Source: a virus (Duplodnaviria > Caudoviricetes). Taken from it: DNA of 25,217 bases. The stretch is from positions 1 through 25,217 of the IMG/VR virus record IMGVR_UViG_3300025782_000067. The stretch is one strand, 5' to 3'. The notes under the pieces were generated by a model that was given only the letters and a program-made list of their open reading frames with translations, did not search any database and was not told the origin of the DNA. The position numbers were made by a program, and so were the translations under genes. This document shows positions 17,376-25,103 of the stretch, one piece after another (position 1 is the stretch's first letter; every line of letters starts with the position of its first letter).

Positions 17376-17660
17376 ATGTCAAATACATCATCAATCGTAT
17401 CCATTGCGGTTGCCTGGGCCGGTACTGCTGGCGGTGGGGTAGCAATGCTAAGGAAGTACGCAACCAAGGCAGAAAACTACATTTCATACGTAGAAGCAGA
17501 AATTAACAGCATTCTTACAAAATTGGAAGTACTGGACAAAAAGTTGGGACAACTTGCGCAACCTGCACCTGCACCCGCACCTGCACCTGCGCAATCAAAA
17601 ACTACACGGGCGCCCAAGAAGTCAGAAAAAAATCCTGAACCAAAGAAGCGTTTGCGTTAA
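17376..17660 (+). CDS. Hypothetical protein: hydrophobic N-terminus, coiled coil, Pro-Ala linker, basic tail
   Basis: AAGGA RBS; 94 aa; QPAPAPAPAPAQ encoded by CCTGCA repeats. Confidence 0.7.
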   Translation: MSNTSSIVSIAVAWAGTAGGGVAMLRKYATKAENYISYVEAEINSILTKLEVLDKKLGQLAQPAPAPAPAPAQSKTTRAPKKSEKNPEPKKRLR

Positions 17661-17667
17661 TTCGCAT

Positions 17668-17739
17668 TGGTCAGTAGCACAATGGCAGTGCACCTCACTG
17701 TTAATGAGGTGGTTGTAGGTTCGAGTCCTACCTGACCAG
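17668..17739 (+). tRNA. tRNA-Asn(GTT)
   Basis: Acceptor stem TGGTCAG/CTGACCA, anticodon arm CCTCA-CTGTTAA-TGAGG, T-arm GTAGG-TTCGAGT-CCTAC. CCA is not encoded. Confidence 0.93.
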
Positions 17740-17744
17740 CAATT

Positions 17745-17818
17745 TGGCAGATGGTGTAATGGCAACACTAGGGACTTTGAATCCCTCGTTCTAGGTTCGA
17801 GTCCTAGTCTGCCAGCCA
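17745..17818 (+). tRNA. tRNA-Gln(TTG)
   Basis: Acceptor stem TGGCAGA/TCTGCCA, anticodon arm AGGGA-CTTTGAA-TCCCT, T-arm CTAGG-TTCGAGT-CCTAG. CCA is encoded. Confidence 0.95.
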
Positions 17819-17835
17819 ATAAATGAAAGGAAATT

Positions 17836-18507
17836 ATGTCTAAAAGAAAACTTCTTGAGTGGGAAAGTCTTCACGGATTTGACAATGAAGTAGTTTCAGC
17901 ACGAACTGCAATACCTGAATGGTATAAGCAAATTCCAAGGGATGTTGTAATTCCTGGTGATACAAACACAATGTCGGCAAAACACTGTCTTCCATTTTTG
18001 GAATCAATGACAACCGGTTATTATGTTACGCTTAACACTGACATTTACGTCGACCGTTCACAGGGTTTTCCAATATTTCGTTATGCCATTGAAGGGGATG
18101 GGGTAAGCGCAAGGCATCAAATTCAAACAGACCCCATGCCGGTTCCGCATGGTTACGAACCCTACTATTGGACATGGACTACGCGCGCCTGCGTACGTCT
18201 TCCTGAAGGGTACAGCGCATTGTACATACACCCAATGAATCGCTTTGAATTGCCATTTATTACGCTTTCTGGCGTTATGGAAAATGACTTCCCACTGATG
18301 GGCGGAAATATTCCCTTCTTCCTAAAAGAAGGTTTTGAAGGTCTTATTCCAGAAGGAACACCAGTTCTACAAATTATACCTTTTTTGCGTGAAGATTGGG
18401 AAAGCAAGAAAGTCAAGGGGTTAGCACATGAAGGACGCGAACTTGAAACCAAAAGCGCCCATGACTGGTACCGTAAAACAAAGTGGCAACGCAAATCTTA
18501 CAAATAA
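17836..18507 (+). CDS. DUF6065-like / dUTPase-like fold protein
   Basis: PEWYK, K.C.PF...MTTGY, LPEGYSALY.HP.N, LSGVM.ND and IPEGTPVLQIIPF patterns recalled from a family frequent in freshwater phages. Confidence 0.6.
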   Translation: MSKRKLLEWESLHGFDNEVVSARTAIPEWYKQIPRDVVIPGDTNTMSAKHCLPFLESMTTGYYVTLNTDIYVDRSQGFPIFRYAIEGDGVSARHQIQTDPMPVPHGYEPYYWTWTTRACVRLPEGYSALYIHPMNRFELPFITLSGVMENDFPLMGGNIPFFLKEGFEGLIPEGTPVLQIIPFLREDWESKKVKGLAHEGRELETKSAHDWYRKTKWQRKSYK

Positions 18508-18518
18508 AGAAAGAAATT

Positions 18519-18851
18519 ATGAAAAAAGTTACCTTAGACCCCAACGTTGAATTTGAAGCAGTTCTTATAGAACTAAAGGAAATGCACGACCGCAAATCCA
18601 AGGATTATGGAAGCCCAGAAGATAGTTGGGCAAATGTTCTTGCTAGTGCGGAATTCGGAACGCCTGGATGGGTAGGCGCCTTGATTCGCATGAATGACAA
18701 ACTTCACCGAATTAAAAACCACATTCGTTACGGAACGCCAATGACGAATGAATCTGTTGAAGACAGTCTTATTGACATGCCTGTGTACAACATTGGCGCT
18801 ATTATTTGCTACCGTCGCGATACATATGGGCCAAACTGGTACAAGCAATGA
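18519..18851 (+). CDS. Nucleotide modification-associated domain 1 (Nmad1/DUF1599, MazG-like) protein
   Basis: RKSKDYG...N, IRMNDKLHRI, ESVEDSLID. Confidence 0.8.
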   Translation: MKKVTLDPNVEFEAVLIELKEMHDRKSKDYGSPEDSWANVLASAEFGTPGWVGALIRMNDKLHRIKNHIRYGTPMTNESVEDSLIDMPVYNIGAIICYRRDTYGPNWYKQ

Positions 18852-19411
18852 CCGAACTTGCTGAAGGTGTACACCTTTTAAAGGATGCAATCCCTGAAAA
18901 AGATTGTGATTACTTTTCGGCAAAACTTATAAGGCTTCGCGAAGAATTTAAACTTAAGGCATTCTTTGACGAACCACAAATCCTTATTATTGAAGAACCC
19001 GAAGAAGAAGATAAGCGTTTTATTGAAAAGTGCTACGAAATCTTCTGTTCCCAGGTAAAGGAAAAATACAACGACGGCCCATACCCGCGCATGGATGGTG
19101 ACCTAAGTATTTGGCGCCCAGGATTATCAGGAACTGCGCACGTGGATAACGCTGACCCAAAAATTAAGGGACATGGCGCAAAATATTCGGGAATCTTTTA
19201 CCTTAACGATAACTTTGAAGGCGGGGAAATTGAATTCCCGAACTTAAACATTTCGTACAAACCAGTAAAGGGCAGTTTCATTTGGTTTACCGATGACCCT
19301 GTAAACCCTGACAATCATTGGTCACACAACTGGGACCAGTACAAACACCTTCATCGTGTTAAAAAGGTTTTAGGAAATTACCGTTGCACCCTTCCAATGT
19401 GGTTGGGGTAG
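18848..19411 (+). CDS. 2OG-Fe(II) oxygenase (prolyl 4-hydroxylase-like)
   Basis: HVD, YLNDNFEGGE, distal H in HRVKKV, and the 2OG-binding R. Confidence 0.9.
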   Translation: MTELAEGVHLLKDAIPEKDCDYFSAKLIRLREEFKLKAFFDEPQILIIEEPEEEDKRFIEKCYEIFCSQVKEKYNDGPYPRMDGDLSIWRPGLSGTAHVDNADPKIKGHGAKYSGIFYLNDNFEGGEIEFPNLNISYKPVKGSFIWFTDDPVNPDNHWSHNWDQYKHLHRVKKVLGNYRCTLPMWLG

Positions 19412-19415
19412 TGAC

Positions 19416-19658
19416 ATGGTAAAACGTGTAGACAAATTACAACAGGCACTTCTTTGGGCGGAAATAATGTCATCAGGCAAAACGCCTTGGTACCGACCCT
19501 GGCACCGTGGTTATGTTCAGGCTTTAAAAGATATTCAGTATTTCTTGCGTGACGATTGTTCTGTTGTTATAATGCCAATTGAAGAATACAAAGCCATTGA
19601 AGGCGATATTAAAAGTCTTTTAGAAGAAATGGAAAACAATGAACGCAACGCCGACTGA
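19416..19658 (+). CDS. Hypothetical protein
   Basis: 80-aa ORF in the operon; GYVQALKD segment. Confidence 0.65.
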   Translation: MVKRVDKLQQALLWAEIMSSGKTPWYRPWHRGYVQALKDIQYFLRDDCSVVIMPIEEYKAIEGDIKSLLEEMENNERNAD

Positions 19659-19932
19659 AGACCGTGTAATCCTTAAACTGGACCACAGCGACAAAACAAC
19701 CGATTCCGGTTTTATTATCCCAGCATCTTCGCAGCCTGTACCGAATCAGGGTGAAGTAATGGCTGTGGGTCCTGGTAAAACCAATAGGTTTGGCGTCCTA
19801 ATTCCTATGGACATTAAAGTTGGCGACATGGTTGTTTTCAGCAAAGAAAAAGCCTACGGAATCGAAATTGACAACGAACCTTACGTTACCGTCACCAGTG
19901 ATGGCATCCTTGCGGTTATCGACAATGATTAA
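19639..19932 (+). CDS. groES: Co-chaperonin GroES (Cpn10)
   Basis: PTEDRVIL, mobile loop TTDSGFIIP, GEVMAVGPG, IKVGDMVVF, ILAVI. Confidence 0.93.
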   Translation: MNATPTEDRVILKLDHSDKTTDSGFIIPASSQPVPNQGEVMAVGPGKTNRFGVLIPMDIKVGDMVVFSKEKAYGIEIDNEPYVTVTSDGILAVIDND

Positions 19933-20122
19933 GAACGCACCGCGCAGGGTTCCGCGCAAGATGAAAAAAAAGTACTACAGCAAGGTTTCACTTGATTTTT
20001 CAACAGAAGAATGGTCACGTGTACGTTCTTTTGCAAAAGCAGAAGGCATGCGACCAACACAATATATTAACCAGGCACTTTACAATGCCGCTGGGGATTG
20101 GAACAACAATGAATCAATTTGA
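19925..20122 (+). CDS. Possible ribbon-helix-helix DNA-binding protein
   Basis: KVSLDFSTEEWSRVRSFAKAEGMRPTQYINQAL fits a strand-helix-G-helix pattern. Confidence 0.55.
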   Translation: MIKNAPRRVPRKMKKKYYSKVSLDFSTEEWSRVRSFAKAEGMRPTQYINQALYNAAGDWNNNESI

Positions 20123-20300
20123 AGTTGGTGACGAAGTAGTATTAAGTACAAGTATTGGTCGTGTTGTTGGTTTTAACAGTCGCGACTGGCCTATTGTTGA
20201 ATGGCCAAGTATTGATGAAGTTCTTGTAGAAAATCCTTCCGATATTGAACTTTTAACACCAGCACCACCAAGAAGGCCATTCTGGGATGATGGACGCTAA
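20109..20300 (+). CDS. Small SH3/KOW-like beta-barrel protein
   Basis: FEVGDEV...GRVVGF...IVEW...SDIELL. Confidence 0.6.
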   Translation: MNQFEVGDEVVLSTSIGRVVGFNSRDWPIVEWPSIDEVLVENPSDIELLTPAPPRRPFWDDGR

Positions 20301-21117
20301 TGCGAAGCGGTATATTTCTTGGTGATGCTTTAAAACTGGATTTAGACAGTAGAAGCATCAATCTAATAGTTACGCACCCGCCGTATTTTGGCTTTTCCGG
20401 TTAATAGTTACGCACCCGCCGTATTTTGGCTTTTCCGGTGACCGTTATGGTGGTGAACACGACAAACAAATTATTGTTCCCGACCACAAAAAAGTTGTTA
20501 AGTCACTTGTCAAAGCGACAAAGGAAATGGAACGCGTTCTTGCTGACGATGGAAACATTCTTATTTGCATTGGCGATGTTGCTGGTGCTGGAACGCCCTA
20601 CCACTACGTTTCTGAAGTCTTAAAAAAAACTAACCTTGCTTGTCGTGGATTTTTCTACTGGGATTACAGTAGTTCTGAAATGTTTATTGAATTCAGAAAT
20701 CCTGATACACCCGTCTATGAAAACATAAACCCTTATCACAACTTTTGGATTCACCTTTCAAAGAAAAACTTTAACCACTATTTTGACGAAAGGGTTCTTA
20801 AGCAGAACTGGGGTACTGAATTTGTATCAAATGAAGGTCAAGAATTGGACAAAGAACTTGCCAAAGGCGATGTAGCATTTGGTTCAATTGGTGACACCTA
20901 TCCCATTGGTTGGGCGCACAAGTTTATAAATCTTTTCAGCCGTCCAGGTGATTTTGTTCTTGACCCGTTTGGCGGTACTGGTTTAACTGCCCAGGCAGCA
21001 ATTGAAAACAAACGGTCTTATATTTGCGTTGACATTTCTACGCAGCAAACAGAAGTAGCAAAGCGAAGAATAGAACTTTATTATTCCGACCCCCAAAAGT
21101 ATGGTACATTAAAATAA
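20300..21117 (+). pseudogene. Beta-class N6/N4 DNA methyltransferase interrupted by a 38-bp tandem duplication
   Basis: N-part MRSGIFLGDAL...INLIVTHPPYFGFSG* and C-part FSRPGDFVLDPFGGTG...YICVDI. Removing one repeat copy gives an uninterrupted 259-aa ORF. Confidence 0.85.
20364..20439. repeat. Exact 38-bp tandem duplication
   Basis: TAATAGTTACGCACCCGCCGTATTTTGGCTTTTCCGGT at 20364-20401 and 20402-20439. Confidence 0.98.
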
Positions 21118-21215
21118 TGAATATAATAATCAACTGGGTTGCACACATTTCTTTAGTTGGCGCCATAGCATTTTTCTTATTTGTACTTGCCGGTATTTGT
21201 GGAGCGTGGAAGTAA
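21117..21215 (+). CDS. Small single-TM protein (32 aa)
   Basis: MNIIINWVAHISLVGAIAFFLFVLAGICGAWK; TAATG overlaps at both ends. Confidence 0.6.
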   Translation: MNIIINWVAHISLVGAIAFFLFVLAGICGAWK

Positions 21216-21433
21216 TGACACCCGAGGAACGTCAAGAAATACGAGAAAGGCATTTTCTTTGGAAAGAAAGAGAGTGCAATTATGACGGCGAGTCCTACCC
21301 CTGCGACGTAATCAAAGTACTTGACTCTTACGACAAACAAGACGCTGACATTCTTGAAATTATTCACACTTATGACGAAGACCCCAATAGTAAAGTTCTT
21401 CGCATTTGGACGTTGCTTGGCAACAGGGCTTAA
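21215..21433 (+). CDS. Hypothetical protein
   Basis: MTPEERQEIRERH...C..D...YPCD; coupled start. Confidence 0.65.
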   Translation: MTPEERQEIRERHFLWKERECNYDGESYPCDVIKVLDSYDKQDADILEIIHTYDEDPNSKVLRIWTLLGNRA

Positions 21434-21449
21434 GAAGGGAAATTAACTA

Positions 21450-21539
21450 ATGTTCTATATTACTTTTGGATTGACCTGGGCCATTGGTGTTGTTACTGGT
21501 GCACTTTTGATGCTTATTTGGGACATGTTAGTTAACTAA
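21450..21539 (+). CDS. Small single-TM protein (29 aa)
   Basis: MFYITFGLTWAIGVVTGALLMLIWDMLVN; AAGGGA upstream; TAATG overlap with the next gene. Confidence 0.55.
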   Translation: MFYITFGLTWAIGVVTGALLMLIWDMLVN

Positions 21540-21781
21540 TGTGGTCGTTTGTTCTTGAAGGCGTTGGTCTTACCGGTGCCTACCTAATTGGTAGGAAATA
21601 CTGGTGGGCATGGTTAATTCTATTTACGAACGCTTTCCTATGGGTAATCTACGGCTTGATTCAAAAGCAATACGGATTTGTTTTTGCAAGTGCTTTTTAT
21701 GCACCAATCTACATGAAGAACACAATTCAGTGGAAAAAGAAAAACAAAACAGTTAACACACCTATACACGAAGGACCATAA
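21539..21781 (+). CDS. Three-helix membrane protein, PnuC/SemiSWEET half-transporter-like
   Basis: GAYLIGRKYWWAWLI...LWVIYGLIQKQYG...Y..IY pattern. Confidence 0.6.
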   Translation: MWSFVLEGVGLTGAYLIGRKYWWAWLILFTNAFLWVIYGLIQKQYGFVFASAFYAPIYMKNTIQWKKKNKTVNTPIHEGP

Positions 21782-21782
21782 A

Positions 21783-23753
21783 GTGGACATGTTTGAAAAC
21801 GCAACGCTTTTTGAAGTGGAAAAAAAGCCTGCTGTATCACTTGCCGATAAATTTGTAGTACCACCATTTTCTGTACTGGATAGACGCCAGGGTGAATGGC
21901 AGAATCGTAAACGACGTTGGCTTCAAATGGGTATGCGTTCTGAAGTTGGTCGCAATGAAAACCTTGCGTACACGGGTCAGGTTTCATTGAACGCAATAAC
22001 GGAAAACGAAGAACAAGTTGGCACTTCTGTATTCGACCCAGTTATTTGCGAAGTTGCCTATCGCTGGTTTAGCCCCGAAGGTGGAAGCATTCTTGACCCC
22101 TTTGCTGGGGGTAGCGTTCGCGGAATCGTTGCTTCACAACTAAACCGTTCATACACTGGTTATGACATTCGCCCCGAACAGGTTCAATCAAACTACGACC
22201 AGATTGACCTTGCTAATTCGGAATTTCCACCAACATGGATTACTAGCGATATTCGCAATAGCGCTGTAGTTGCTGAAGGGCCAAATCATATTGCCCTTTC
22301 GCATGACGACAGGCCAATTATGTCTGTGAATTCCAATAACCCTTTTATTCTTGAAGCCGTAGACCTTTATAATTCAACATCTTCAATCCCTATGCGTAAT
22401 GACTGGCATAACGTGCCAGTTTCAATGGTTCCATACCTTCAGTATGCATATCAACTTTCTTCCTTTAACATGTCAACAGAACCAAACCGCGTTTTTTCTA
22501 CCGCAGTTGATAACGGAACAATGTGGGTTGCTTTTTCTGGCGGCAAGGATGGCATGGCTGCCGCAATTAAAGCAAGGAATGAAGGTTTTAAAGTAATTCT
22601 TTACCACATAACTGGAATCAATCGTGCGTGGCCTGATGAACTTAAATGGGCACAGGAAGCGGCAGACCAGATGAACATGCCATTATTTGTTGATAAAGTT
22701 TCTATTAGCGGTGCAAAAAACGGCTTTGTAGAAATGCCAACCAAAAACCAGGTTATTACCGAAATGATGATTGGCCGTATGATGGAATACGGTGGTTCCC
22801 ATTACACCTTGGGGGTTTTTTCTAACGACATTACTTCAGCAAATTGGACACTTGATTGGTCGGATAATCCAGAATCAGTAGAACTTTTTCATCAACACCT
22901 TGAATCCAGGTTTCCTGGTTTGCAGTTTCACCAGTACCTAAAAAACAGCACAGAATCAATACATGTTGTTGCTAGTGAAGGATTAATCAATTTTGCGCAT
23001 GGTTGCATGTCACAAATGCGTTTCCGTGATAAAACTAAAAAAGCCAATGAAACCAAATTTGGTGAAATCCTTCCTGGGCGGTGTGGTTCTTGCAAAAAAT
23101 GCGTAAAGGAATACCTAAACCTTTTTGCATTGGAAGTAATCCAGTTTAATAAAGACTTCTATGAACACTGTCTTTCAAAAGCCAAAGAACTTCTAAAGGA
23201 AGAATTTACCAACGGCGCAGGTATTGATTCTATTGTTGACGAAAGTTTCAAGGGCAACATCTACCCCGAAGAACCATTCAACGCACCACTTAACGTAGAA
23301 ATGCCCGAAAAAATTTTGGGGGGGCAGCCTGAAGGTTACGACTTCATTTTTACGTGCCCACCCTATGCGGACCTAGAAGTCTACAGCGATGACCCACAAG
23401 ACCTTTCTAACATGCCCTACGACCAGTTCCTAAAGGAATACAAGGAAATCTTCGAAGCAGCAGTAAAGCAGTTAAAGAACGACCGATTCATTGGCATTGT
23501 AATTAGCGACGCACGAATCCAAAAGGGCGACGGTCACTACTACGGCCTTGTAGCCGACACGGTAAATGTTATGCGTGAAATAGGTTGCGAACTGTACAAC
23601 GACTTGATTATTGTGGACCCCGTTGGTACCCTAGCCATCCGTTCGGAAAAACAAATGCGTTCTTCCCGAAAGGTTGGACGCGGGCACCAACACATGCTTA
23701 TATTTGTAAAAGGAAACGGCAGAAATGCCGCCAAAGAATGCGGGGAAATCTAA
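21783..23753 (+). CDS. DNA amino-methyltransferase with inserted QueC-like PP-loop ATPase domain
   Basis: MTase N-half: PPFSVLD, TSVFDPV, ILDPFAGGSVRG, GYDIRPEQV. Insert: VAFSGGKDG, PTKN, GC, CGSCKKC. MTase C-half: DFIFTCPPYADLEVYS...HQHMLIFVKG. Confidence 0.85.
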   Translation: MDMFENATLFEVEKKPAVSLADKFVVPPFSVLDRRQGEWQNRKRRWLQMGMRSEVGRNENLAYTGQVSLNAITENEEQVGTSVFDPVICEVAYRWFSPEGGSILDPFAGGSVRGIVASQLNRSYTGYDIRPEQVQSNYDQIDLANSEFPPTWITSDIRNSAVVAEGPNHIALSHDDRPIMSVNSNNPFILEAVDLYNSTSSIPMRNDWHNVPVSMVPYLQYAYQLSSFNMSTEPNRVFSTAVDNGTMWVAFSGGKDGMAAAIKARNEGFKVILYHITGINRAWPDELKWAQEAADQMNMPLFVDKVSISGAKNGFVEMPTKNQVITEMMIGRMMEYGGSHYTLGVFSNDITSANWTLDWSDNPESVELFHQHLESRFPGLQFHQYLKNSTESIHVVASEGLINFAHGCMSQMRFRDKTKKANETKFGEILPGRCGSCKKCVKEYLNLFALEVIQFNKDFYEHCLSKAKELLKEEFTNGAGIDSIVDESFKGNIYPEEPFNAPLNVEMPEKILGGQPEGYDFIFTCPPYADLEVYSDDPQDLSNMPYDQFLKEYKEIFEAAVKQLKNDRFIGIVISDARIQKGDGHYYGLVADTVNVMREIGCELYNDLIIVDPVGTLAIRSEKQMRSSRKVGRGHQHMLIFVKGNGRNAAKECGEI

Positions 23754-23896
23754 TGGACGACAACTACAGTCCCAGGATTGACGACATTGACTACATTGTT
23801 GACTTCTGGGCTATGGACCAGAACCTAGAAAAAATCCGCGGTATACTTAAAGAAATAGCAGATATGTGCGACCCAGAAAAGGACGAAGACCTATGA
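23753..23896 (+). CDS. Small acidic hypothetical protein (47 aa)
   Basis: TAATG overlap; MDDNYSPRIDDIDY... Confidence 0.55.
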   Translation: MDDNYSPRIDDIDYIVDFWAMDQNLEKIRGILKEIADMCDPEKDEDL

Positions 23897-24042
23897 TGTT
23901 CATGCGAACCAAGACATTCCACCGCAAGTTGGACGAACTTGAAGAACAACTGTACCTGAACTACAAGAAGTTGAACCTAACTGTACTTGACGCACGGCGC
24001 CAACAGCACGTCTTCGAAGCAATCCGCAAAACGATTCGTTAA
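23893..24042 (+). CDS. Small hypothetical protein (49 aa)
   Basis: ATGA overlap; MMFMRTKTFHRKLDELEEQLYLNYKKLNLTVLDARRQQHVFEAIRKTIR*. Confidence 0.5.
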   Translation: MMFMRTKTFHRKLDELEEQLYLNYKKLNLTVLDARRQQHVFEAIRKTIR

Positions 24043-24434
24043 CCCGCGAATCGGGGGTAATATACAATTGTATATAGGCACCCCCCACTTTTGTATTAAA
24101 CAATACTAAATACAATTCCTAAACAAACACAAACCAAACCCCTACACTGAACTTTTGTTCAACACAATAGAGGGCCACATCAAAAATTTTTTTCAAAATT
24201 GGCATATTGGGGTATTTAGCGTTGCTAAATGAATGGTGTGCTTATACCGACACATCTATTAATCGTATGTACGGTATATATGTATATGGCAATGACGGTG
24301 GCAAGGTGTACGGCGTTGGGTGCGTGTTGGACTAGGGTAGTCCCCCCGGATTTAAAAAACGTCTACCTAGCGGTCCAAATACATGGCTAGAATCCCAAAT
24401 GCGAACAGCAACATCCCGACTACGTACAACATGA
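24043..24434. other. Non-coding region between convergent genes, with several palindromes
   Basis: 16-bp palindrome ATATACAATTGTATAT (24060-24075) flanked by G5/C6 runs; also TGAAC-TTTT-GTTCA, ATTTAGC-GTT-GCTAAAT and GGACTA-GGG-TAGTCC. Confidence 0.6.
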
Positions 24435-25097
24435 CTAGTGCGTGTTAGGGGCGTGGAAGTATTTCTTCCCCAACTTAATGATGGTATCGCCAGGCTTGAT
24501 TACTGCCCCGTCCATATTGTGGTTATAGACGTTAATACTGTCAAAGAAGCGGTTACCGTTATTGAAACGATACTGGATGGTCCATATAGCGTTAGGTCCA
24601 ATAAAGGCTAGGAAAGCATCTTCGTCAAACGATTCGTTAATGTGGAAGGTTGTGGTTTCTGGCGGTGTGTTTTTCTTCTTACACTTGCAGTTACCGTCGC
24701 AACCCTTCTTCTTGTTTAAACTGGCTTCTATGGCGTCTGATTTGGCGTCCATAGCCTTATTAAGGTTGTTGACTTCCATCCCCACCCCCTCCAAAAAATT
24801 TTTACCTAGGCGTGTTACAAATTTAGCATTAAAGTCTTCGCGCTTGTATATGCGCGGTAGTCCATCTTCGTTAACGATGTAATCGTCAAAATCTGCAAAA
24901 AGGGATTTGTATCGTCCCGATTCGCCCCATACGTTAATTTCAAGTACCGAACCCCCGGCAATAAACGCCATAACTTCGCGCTTACCTGGTAGGTTGGTCG
25001 TGTTAAAAATTGCCTTGACTTCATCAAGGTTCTTAGCAGGTGACCATTGGGTAAATGGGAATTCCGCCCGGTCAAAAATTCGTACGCATGTGGCCAT
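24435..25097 (-). CDS. Hypothetical protein, possibly two related domains
   Basis: 220 aa; ADFDDYIV in the first half and IKPGDTIIK in the second; own promoter. Confidence 0.75.
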   Translation of the reverse strand: MATCVRIFDRAEFPFTQWSPAKNLDEVKAIFNTTNLPGKREVMAFIAGGSVLEINVWGESGRYKSLFADFDDYIVNEDGLPRIYKREDFNAKFVTRLGKNFLEGVGMEVNNLNKAMDAKSDAIEASLNKKKGCDGNCKCKKKNTPPETTTFHINESFDEDAFLAFIGPNAIWTIQYRFNNGNRFFDSINVYNHNMDGAVIKPGDTIIKLGKKYFHAPNTH

Positions 25098-25103
25098 AAA
25101 AAA

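Noticed and set aside
17557-17592. CCTGCA hexamer repeat as a contingency locus
   Set aside because: It is in frame and imperfect, and simply encodes a Pro-Ala linker.
17668-17818. Suppressor tRNAs or stop-codon recoding
   Set aside because: The anticodons are GTT and TTG, and long genes read through intact in the standard code.
20364-20439. 38-bp repeat as a CRISPR repeat or att site
   Set aside because: Only two directly abutting copies with no spacer, the unit is coding sequence of the MTase, and no cas or integrase gene is present.
22260-23330. Intein as the explanation for the insert in the methyltransferase
   Set aside because: No His-Asn followed by Cys/Ser/Thr at the downstream junction and no LAGLIDADG/HNH motifs; the insert has PP-loop and Zn motifs instead.
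21783-23753. Complete 7-deazaguanine (dpd) DNA modification pathway
   Set aside because: No folE, queD, queE or dpdA-like gene is recognisable in this window; they could lie elsewhere in the genome.
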